Positions 38,405 through 46,346 of a DNA stretch of 46,346 nt are shown here, in pieces. The first letter of the stretch is position 1. Each line of letters opens with the position of its first letter. The position numbers and the translations under genes are program-made. Source of the DNA: Verrucomicrobiota bacterium (GTDB lineage Bacteria; Verrucomicrobiota; Verrucomicrobiia; Opitutales; Seribacteraceae). The DNA lies in the NCBI GenBank assembly GCA_027622665.1, contig JAQBYT010000034.1:1-46346 (forward strand), read 5' to 3'. Below the pieces are notes generated by a model. That model saw nothing but the letters and a program-made list of their open reading frames with translations, was not told the origin of the DNA and ran no database searches.

Positions 38405-39901
38405 TCAGAAGGGGAATAATCGCTGTAGGTCGAAGAAGGTGACATACAGCATGAACGAGAATAGCAGGGCTACGAATAAGATTTGCGCTCGTTCTAGGAA
38501 AGGCAATGGTAGCGGTTGTCCCCGGAGTTTCTCTATGGTGGCAAAGAGCATGTGACCTCCGTCCAATACGGGGATTGGCAGTAGGTTAAGAATGGCGAGG
38601 TTTACGTTGATGAAGACAACGAACCACAAGAGCTTCTTGAAACCGATCTTTGCGAAGATGCTGAGGTGGTTGACGATGCCTACTGGACCACTCATGTTGC
38701 GAAGTTTGACGTCGGAATTTGGACTGATTAGGCCCGAAAGGGTGAGGTACATTTCCTTTACTCGACCGTAAATGAGATGCATGGGGTTCGGATAGGTGGT
38801 CACGATCTTTTGCTTGGGTCGGAAACCGATGAGTGTACGTTTGACGAGTGCGTCGCCCTGTTCGATTTCTTTAACTGCCGGGGTGAGCGTGTAGGTCTCC
38901 TTTGGTCCGTCCTCACCACCTTTGCTTACGGTGAAGGCAACGCTGGCGTTCTCTTCGAGTTTGTCGAGGTAGTTAATCAAGTATCTGAAGGACAGGATTT
39001 GTTGCCCATCTATGGCGAGAGGCATATCGCCTATTTCAAGCCCGGCAGCTTCTCCGGGCAACCCGGGTGAAAGCTCTTCCACGAAAAAAGTTTCACGAGG
39101 TCCTATGCCGATAATGCGGAATTCTTCGTTACTTACCACTTCCGGACGGATGTCTAAGCTTTTTGAGGTACCGTTCCGATCTATGAGCAAGGTGACCAGG
39201 CGCTCACCATCTTCCTGCGTCTTCTTTCCTGTGACAATGCGGCTCTGGATGTCCATGAAGTCTTCAACTCGAGCATTGTCGACTTCGAGAATTTTGTCTC
39301 CGGGAAGCAAACCCGCCACCATTGCGGGACCACGAACTGTTTCACCCTCTTGAATCAATGGATTCCAGCGTTCGACTTCCTCTGCCACGTAACCAATCTC
39401 AGTGGTGAGCTGGGCAGAAGGTACGTCATAACCAAAAAACCAGAGTATGCAGGAGAGCACGAAGGCGAACAGTACGTTGAAGACGGCTCCCATGACCGAA
39501 ACGATCATTTTGTCGGCATAGCTGATCTTCGAGAATTGTTCTATTTTGTGTTCGTCTTCGCCCTCGTCTCCGTCTTCGTCTCCGTCTTCGTCTTCGTCTT
39601 CCTCGTTTACATCTCCATCCCTTTCTTTTTCCGAGATCTGCTCATCGGCTCCTTCTAGTCGACCCATGTCCGCCAGTTGAGGGAGGGATACGTATCCGCC
39701 GAAGGGTATTATGGATAGACGATATTCCACGCCCCCTCGCTCCCAACCGAAGATTTTTGGTCCAAAACCGATGGAGAAACGCTTGATGACCAATCCCCTG
39801 CGCTTAGCAGCGAGAAAATGCCCCAGTTCATGTACGAAGATGGTTATCCCCAAAGTGAGCAAGGCAACGAAGATAAAGCTGATGTCGTATATTAAAGACA
39901 C
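38405..39901 (-). CDS. rseP: RIP metalloprotease RseP (M50, two PDZ domains)
   Basis: HELGH, FSIGFGP, GGYV, NLLPIPVLDGG. Confidence 0.95.
   Translation of the reverse strand: MSLIYDISFIFVALLTLGITIFVHELGHFLAAKRRGLVIKRFSIGFGPKIFGWERGGVEYRLSIIPFGGYVSLPQLADMGRLEGADEQISEKERDGDVNEEDEDEDGDEDGDEGEDEHKIEQFSKISYADKMIVSVMGAVFNVLFAFVLSCILWFFGYDVPSAQLTTEIGYVAEEVERWNPLIQEGETVRGPAMVAGLLPGDKILEVDNARVEDFMDIQSRIVTGKKTQEDGERLVTLLIDRNGTSKSLDIRPEVVSNEEFRIIGIGPRETFFVEELSPGLPGEAAGLEIGDMPLAIDGQQILSFRYLINYLDKLEENASVAFTVSKGGEDGPKETYTLTPAVKEIEQGDALVKRTLIGFRPKQKIVTTYPNPMHLIYGRVKEMYLTLSGLISPNSDVKLRNMSGPVGIVNHLSIFAKIGFKKLLWFVVFINVNLAILNLLPIPVLDGGHMLFATIEKLRGQPLPLPFLERAQILFVALLFSFMLYVTFFDLQRLFPF
39551..39605 (-). repeat. 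In-frame imperfect hexamer repeat (GAAGAC/GGAGAC) encoding an acidic tract in RseP
   Basis: Plus strand ttcgtcttcgccctcgtctccgtcttcgtctccgtcttcgtcttcgtcttcctcg; encodes EEDEDEDGDEDGDEGEDE. Confidence 0.75.
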
Positions 39902-39925
39902 GAATTTAGGATGTGGTGAGTGAAG

Positions 39926-41070
<1,145 letters not shown>

Positions 41071-41074
<4 letters not shown>

Positions 41075-41931
41075 CGCAATAAGGCCAAAAGTAAGAAATA
41101 TCCCGTGGGTGCGGCCAAAATGAGACTGTCGGTAAGATCGAGCATTCCGCCTATTCCAGGTATCGCCCCACCTGAATCCTTGATGTTCGCCAATCGCTTG
41201 AGTACAGAGGCGATCAAGTCGCCGATTACGGCGGCAACGGCTATGGGCAAGGCAAGGATCGCAGCCGATCCCGGATCGAAGTTCACTCCCTCGAAAGAAA
41301 CCAACTCGGGCCTGTGATTTTGCAAGACCCATGGGAGGAAAGCTCCTATGCCTGCGGAGGCTGCTATGCCTCCAACAAGTCCTTCGATGGTTTTTCCCGG
41401 ACTGATGGAAGGAGCCATTTTTGTGCGACCTATCATCTTCCCCACCAGCAGAGCCCCAATGTCACTGAACTTCGCCACGGCAAGCAACCACAAGCAGAAG
41501 AACAAGCCGAAACTCATGGTTGTTCCCGATGGAATCTCCCCGGACGTCTGCAAAATTCGGACGAAGTAGTGCAATAGAAAGGGCACGAAAACCAGACCGA
41601 AGAAAGTCGGAAGCAGGCGTTTTACGTACATGCCTCGCTGGGCTTGAGGGAAAAGCACGGCCGCACCCGACATCATGAGAGCTCCCACTGCCAAAGTGTC
41701 CATTCCCGCACCTTCTATATAGTATCCCATCGGAACCAAAAAGGCTCCCGTGGCCAATCCTGAGATTCTATTTGCGGCGAATCCAAGGCGGCCCAGTAGG
41801 GCGTAGATTTCGAATTGAGTGCATACTGCCGCCACAGTCAGAATCCACATGGTTCCGACTTCGCCGAAACCTGCCACTCCACCGATTACGATGCTCGATA
41901 GGATGACGGTCGAGAATATTCTGAGAATCAT
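41071..41931 (-). CDS. cdsA: Phosphatidate cytidylyltransferase
   Basis: SDIGALLVG, ISPGKTIEG, GDLIASVLKR...KDSG..IPGIGGMLDLTDS; ATGA overlap with uppS. Confidence 0.95.
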
Positions 41932-42704
41932 ACGCTTACAGGTGTTTCGGATATGGTTGGTTTTAAGCGGATCTGGTCTCCCGTCTTGCCGTATCGCCGT
42001 TCTCGACCAGCGTAGTCTTGCAGAGCCAGATGGAACTTGTCGGCAGTGAACTCGGGCCAAGGTTCGGGAGTTACGTAAATCTCAGCATAGGCCGCTTGAA
42101 GAAGAAGGAAGTTGCTTAATCGATGTTCGCCCGAAGTGCGTATGATCAAGTCGGGGTCCGGCAGGTCAACCGTGTAAAGATGCGAGGAAAAAGTGTCCCA
42201 ATCCAATTCCTCAGCAGAGGCTTTGCCGGAAGCTACTTTTTCGGCATAAGCTCGTACGGCATGCAAGGTTTCCTGCCTGCTGCCGTAGTTGAGGGCAAGA
42301 GTGAGGTTCCATGCATCGTTGTTCTTCGTCTTTTCGACTGCTTCCTTGACTATGTTTTGAGCATATTCGGGGAGACCTGAAACGTCTCCAATGGTTCGTA
42401 GCCTCACTCCGTCCTTTACCATGTCGCGCATTTCTTTTTTGAGAAATTCCCGTAACAGTCGCATCAAGCCAGTTACTTCGTCGGGTGGGCGATTCTGGTT
42501 TTCCACGCTAAAGGCGTACAAAGTCAAATAAGGCACGCCTGCCTCTTTGGCCGCATCCACTACGCGCCTAACGTTTTCGACTCCTTTGTGATGACCGAAT
42601 AAGCGAGGCTTGCCTTGGTCTCGAGCCCATCGACCGTTTCCATCCATGATGATGGCGACGTGTCGAGGGACTTTTCCCCGAGAATCTTCTTCGATGGGAG
42701 GCAT
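41928..42704 (-). CDS. uppS: Isoprenyl transferase (undecaprenyl diphosphate synthase)
   Basis: PRHVAIIMDGNGRWA, YAFSVEN, ALNYGSR, DLIIRTSGEHRLSNFLL. Confidence 0.97.
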   Translation of the reverse strand: MPPIEEDSRGKVPRHVAIIMDGNGRWARDQGKPRLFGHHKGVENVRRVVDAAKEAGVPYLTLYAFSVENQNRPPDEVTGLMRLLREFLKKEMRDMVKDGVRLRTIGDVSGLPEYAQNIVKEAVEKTKNNDAWNLTLALNYGSRQETLHAVRAYAEKVASGKASAEELDWDTFSSHLYTVDLPDPDLIIRTSGEHRLSNFLLLQAAYAEIYVTPEPWPEFTADKFHLALQDYAGRERRYGKTGDQIRLKPTISETPVSV

Positions 42705-42746
42705 GACAATTGATTGGAAATAGTATCACAACGCCTAATCACCTTA

Positions 42747-42775
42747 TTGACAACGAGGAAAGGTTTTCCCAAATT
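42747..42775 (+). promoter_or_regulatory. Putative sigma70 promoter directly before the dehydratase ATG
   Basis: TTGACA-17 nt-CAAATT, ending 7 nt before ATG 42783. Confidence 0.4.
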
Positions 42776-42782
42776 ACCTGTT

Positions 42783-43067
42783 ATGAGCGAACCTTTGACA
42801 GAAAGCGAAATAGAGTCCCGATTGATCAATCTCCAAGATTGGCGTCTCAAAGAAGACCATCTCAAGAAATCCTTTGCTTTTAGCAATTTTCGGGATGCTA
42901 TGGCCTTCATTGTTCGCCTTTCCTATGAGGCGGAGCAACAAGATCATCACCCCGAGATTTTCAATTGCTACAATCGTGTCGAGATCGCCCTCAGCACCCA
43001 TGATGCTGGCGGCAAGGTCACCGAAAAGGACTTTGCTCTAGCCACTGCCATTGATGCTTTAATTTAG
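42783..43067 (+). CDS. phhB: Pterin-4-alpha-carbinolamine dehydratase
   Basis: AEQQDHHPEI, LSTHDAGGKVTEKDFALA. Confidence 0.93.
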   Translation: MSEPLTESEIESRLINLQDWRLKEDHLKKSFAFSNFRDAMAFIVRLSYEAEQQDHHPEIFNCYNRVEIALSTHDAGGKVTEKDFALATAIDALI

Positions 43068-43115
43068 GTTCGAGCTTCTGTATGGACGGAGGCACTCTCG
43101 GAATTTCTTGGAAAT

Positions 43116-43340
43116 TCATCCCATATCAGTGCGTGCCCCGATGTCACCAAAGTATTTCTCGAATTCTTTCTCCAAATCTTGCCGAGTTTTATCCTCTCGA
43201 GATTTTTCGCCCTCTTCTACAGCTTTTCGTAGTTCATCCATCGCATCAGCTTCTTCCTCAAGAGTCCACTCGGTATCTGCTGCACGAAACATCTTGCCCC
43301 AAGCCGTTGTTTTCTCCTGTCCCAGTTTTTCTTCAGTCAT
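43116..43340 (-). CDS. Small acidic hypothetical protein (74 aa) coupled to the ECF sigma gene
   Basis: ATG 43340 overlaps the sigma stop by 8 nt, preceded by AAGGA; Glu/Asp-rich helical sequence. Confidence 0.6.
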   Translation of the reverse strand: MTEEKLGQEKTTAWGKMFRAADTEWTLEEEADAMDELRKAVEEGEKSREDKTRQDLEKEFEKYFGDIGARTDMG

Positions 43341-43986
43341 GGTATTCCTTTCTGTACTCTTCGTTTGTGGCCAGTCCCTTGAGCTTTTTGAGTACCCTGT
43401 GGACCGCTTGGTCAATGGTTCCACGTGTTATTCCTAGTTCTATTGCGACTTGTTCGGGGGATTCACCCATGATTTTCACTTTCTCGAAAGCCAATAGTGT
43501 ACGCGGACTTACCTTGCGGCGGATGTCATCTAGCATAGTACGAAGTAAGGCGTTACGACCTGCCACTCGTTCTTTGTGCTCGATTTCCTCCGAGGGTATT
43601 GAAGTGTTCTTGTTGTTTGTTGTTGTTTCTCCATCGGGTTCGATAGGCATTTCCTTGTTCGTCATTGCTAGTTTTCGCATCTGGTCCAATGCTCGATACC
43701 GTACTACACGCCTTAGATATCCACGGAATGTTCCTTTATTCGAGTCGTAGCAAAAGGAGCTTCTTTTTCTGAAAAGAGTGTTCACGACATCCCGAACAAC
43801 CTCATCTAGCACATGTTCATCCACTCGTTGCCAACCACAACGAGCGAACTCACATGCCGCTACTTTGTGCAAGGCGGCGTAATAGTTATCAAAGAAAGAC
43901 CGCCACGAATTATTCCAATCCTGCAATCGACCTGAACGCATCATTCGGTTAAGTTGAGTTACACTCGTTTTCGGCATGAAGTTCAT
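43333..43986 (-). CDS. ECF RNA polymerase sigma factor
   Basis: TSVTQL...WRSFFDNY, YDSNKGTFRGYLRRVVRYRALD region 2; SPEQVAIELGITRGTIDQAVHRV region 4 HTH. Confidence 0.85.
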   Translation of the reverse strand: MNFMPKTSVTQLNRMMRSGRLQDWNNSWRSFFDNYYAALHKVAACEFARCGWQRVDEHVLDEVVRDVVNTLFRKRSSFCYDSNKGTFRGYLRRVVRYRALDQMRKLAMTNKEMPIEPDGETTTNNKNTSIPSEEIEHKERVAGRNALLRTMLDDIRRKVSPRTLLAFEKVKIMGESPEQVAIELGITRGTIDQAVHRVLKKLKGLATNEEYRKEYHD

Positions 43987-44185
43987 TGTATTGACTCAGG
44001 TCTTTCGTAAGTTACTTATTTCCTCTTTCGTGTACATATTGGCAAATCTTTCATGAATGGTGTTTTTTATGAAAAATAGGCTTAAGCTTAGAAACGTCGC
44101 TACTCTATTTCTTTGCAAAATTGAATTATTGCTTAACCACTTGATTGTGATTTTATAATTGATTCAAAGTTTTATTTACTCACTA

Positions 44186-46153
44186 GTGAAAACTTCTCCC
44201 GTTCTGCCCATACCATTTGAATCTCATACAGGTGAAGGCAACTATGTTTTCGTGAGTTATTCTCACGCGGACAAGGCCTTCGTTTATGAAACCATGCTTT
44301 GGTTTAGGCAAAATGGAATCAACATTTGGTATGATGAGGGAATACCTCCTGCAAGTGAATGGTTGGAGTCTATTGCGTTTGCTATAAAAAAATCAGTTTT
44401 GTTCGTGATCTTCATTTCTCCTCGATCCGTAGAGTCTCGATTTGTGAAGAGTGAGGTGAGTTATGCCTTGGGTGAAAATAAGGATATTCTGTCTATTTAC
44501 ATAGAGGATACTACTCTGCCAGCGGGATTATCTCTTTGTCTGCAACAATTTCAATCGGTTTTCGTGACTGAGGAAAATTGGCGTAAGAAGGCCAATGATA
44601 TTTTGGCAGCGAAACTGACATTGGATGAAGAAACTACTGTTATTGTTGAAGCAGGTGCCCTCTTAAGTGGGTTTAGGTTGTTGCGTTGCATTGGAAAAGG
44701 CGGATATGGGGAAGTTTGGCTTGCCCGTTCGGAAAAGAGAAGTGGTTTGGTGGCAATCAAACTTATACGAGTCGACGACGAGGAAGCCTCAATTCGTGAA
44801 ATGAATGCTTTACGCTGTTATCGTGAGGTCTTCTTCAAGAATGAAGTTTCAGGAATTATTGTGATTTCACGTATAGGGCGTACTAAAAATCACTTGTGGT
44901 ACATTATGCCTTTGGCGGATGGTGTGGAGAATGACTCGCCGGAAGCACCGAAGTGGAAGCCGCTTACTCTGACTCGTTTTCTAAATCAACGCAAGCAAAG
45001 CGATGACACTCATTGGTTTGGTTCTGGTGAAATTATTAATATAATAATACCTTTGGTTCAAGCCGTTGAGGTTTTGGCCGCCAAGGGGCTGTCTCATAGG
45101 GATATAAAGCCCGACAACGTACTTTTCTTCAACGGTGTCCCTCATTTGGGAGACATTGGGCTTTTAGCTGTGGATCACGAGAATGTCACTATTCGCGGGA
45201 CGCCTGGTTTTGCACCGCCTTCTTGGTTTCTCGAAACCCGTGGCAATCCTGACCAATGGGGTCTTGCATGTTTGCTGTTTACTATGCTGACGGGCAATTC
45301 CCCGGATGTCATGGGGCGAGTTCATTACGAATGGCCGCCAAGTGGTAAGAACAGCCTGTCAGATCTCGAGCAAGAAAAATGGGAAGCTCTGCGTCGTATT
45401 GTTTATCGAGCTACGGAAGAGAACCCCACAGAGCGTTATCGGGATTTCCGTATCTTTCGAGAAAAGATCGAAGCGGTTCGAGATGGTTTTTGCGAGGATG
45501 AAGTGCCGCAGTCTCGGTCAGTGCGATCTCGTCGTCCCATGATGCTCGGTCTTTCGTGTGCTGTTGTTACTTTGCTTTCCTTTTTCTGTTGGATTTTCCT
45601 CGGGGAACAAGAACAAGAAGAACAGACCCAGATGCCCTCACTACCATCACCTCCAGTCACTAGTCCAAGCCTTCCCGCTCCTCCTTTCGTAGTGCCCACG
45701 GAAGTGGAAGCCAAGGTTCTCGCAACGGGTGATCCGGATTTAGAATTACGATTGAACGGAATCGTTGTGGATCTTGCGTCACGTGAATCTCTCAGTAATT
45801 CTAAGATTTTCACTCTGAAACTCGACGATATTCTTACTGTTCGTAACGATTTCGGAACATCTAATTTGCATTTTGAGTGCTTGGTTGTAAACGATGAGGA
45901 AATGGCTTTATTTGGTTCGGATGATGATTGGAGAGCATTTATTCCGAAGAACTTGGATAATTGGTGGGACATCCCTGAGGGACTGTTGAGTGAAGGACTT
46001 GTTCGAAAATCCGGTTTCAATCTTGAATTTGAATCCTTGCAGGAGCGTTTTAGCTACAATACTTTTGCTATTCGTTCTACCATGCGGCAGTTTCCGACCG
46101 TTTCCTTCCTTTATCGTATTGTGGGGGCGGATGATATGATGGCTCGTAAATGA
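44186..46153 (+). CDS. TIR domain - Ser/Thr protein kinase - TM - extracytoplasmic domain fusion
   Basis: YVFVSYSHAD...IWYDEGI...SRFVKSEV (TIR); GKGGYG, VAIK, HRDIKPDN, DIG, GTPGF (kinase); TM about 45539-45605; Pro-rich linker; start GTG 44186 or TTG 44159. Confidence 0.88.
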   Translation: MKTSPVLPIPFESHTGEGNYVFVSYSHADKAFVYETMLWFRQNGINIWYDEGIPPASEWLESIAFAIKKSVLFVIFISPRSVESRFVKSEVSYALGENKDILSIYIEDTTLPAGLSLCLQQFQSVFVTEENWRKKANDILAAKLTLDEETTVIVEAGALLSGFRLLRCIGKGGYGEVWLARSEKRSGLVAIKLIRVDDEEASIREMNALRCYREVFFKNEVSGIIVISRIGRTKNHLWYIMPLADGVENDSPEAPKWKPLTLTRFLNQRKQSDDTHWFGSGEIINIIIPLVQAVEVLAAKGLSHRDIKPDNVLFFNGVPHLGDIGLLAVDHENVTIRGTPGFAPPSWFLETRGNPDQWGLACLLFTMLTGNSPDVMGRVHYEWPPSGKNSLSDLEQEKWEALRRIVYRATEENPTERYRDFRIFREKIEAVRDGFCEDEVPQSRSVRSRRPMMLGLSCAVVTLLSFFCWIFLGEQEQEEQTQMPSLPSPPVTSPSLPAPPFVVPTEVEAKVLATGDPDLELRLNGIVVDLASRESLSNSKIFTLKLDDILTVRNDFGTSNLHFECLVVNDEEMALFGSDDDWRAFIPKNLDNWWDIPEGLLSEGLVRKSGFNLEFESLQERFSYNTFAIRSTMRQFPTVSFLYRIVGADDMMARK

Positions 46154-46334
46154 TGGCTGAGTCGCCTTCTTCTTGCATACATTTTATCATCCTATTTCTA
46201 CTCCTTAGCTAGGAGAGTCCTAAAAAAAATCTTTTAACGTGAAAGATTTTCGGTGCCTCAAACGAACATGGGGTGGAAATAGGTTGTGTGTTCTATGCAT
46301 CCCAATAAATAAATATTCAAAGGAGACCAAAGTT

Positions 46335-46346
46335 ATGAAGATAAAA
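46335..46346 (+). CDS. Start of the next gene (MKIK...), truncated by the window edge
   Basis: AGGAG at 46321-46325, 9 nt before ATG 46335. Confidence 0.45.

Noticed and set aside
41075..41332. N-terminal extension of dxr in the ORF track (likewise cdsA to 42060)
   Set aside because: Overlaps the upstream gene; coupled starts at 41074 and 41931 fit the family N-termini
43082..43750. 222-aa plus-strand ORF
   Set aside because: Antisense to the ECF sigma and small ORF; no motifs

Overview
Bacterial chromosomal segment. Gene content (DUF1549/DUF1553 plus DUF1501 pair, planctomycete/verrucomicrobial-type ECF-FecR pair, long IspG, uppS-cdsA-dxr-rseP-ispG order) suggests a PVC-superphylum organism, probably Verrucomicrobiota (inference). 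It holds two dissimilar alpha-2-macroglobulins (one paired with pbpC), SGNH, GNAT, NUDIX and TPR genes, a TlpA fusion, an ECF/FecR-LamG/DUF1553/DUF1501 operon, ctpA-tsaD, cysI, a short rlmB-like gene, tRNA-Gly(TCC), a pcm pseudogene, a second disrupted membrane-protein gene, a cluster of GTCATTGCGAG...CTCGCAATGAC palindromic repeats and the isoprenoid/envelope operon. The best candidate for an undescribed system is the AT-richer right end: a TIR + Ser/Thr kinase + transmembrane + putative lectin-like receptor, transcribed divergently from an ECF sigma factor coupled to a small acidic ORF. Also notable are a mini-secretin-like protein with a GspC/PilP-like insert and a stand-alone protein with an integrase arm-type DNA-binding-like domain. 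All domain calls are by eye from motifs; no searches were run.
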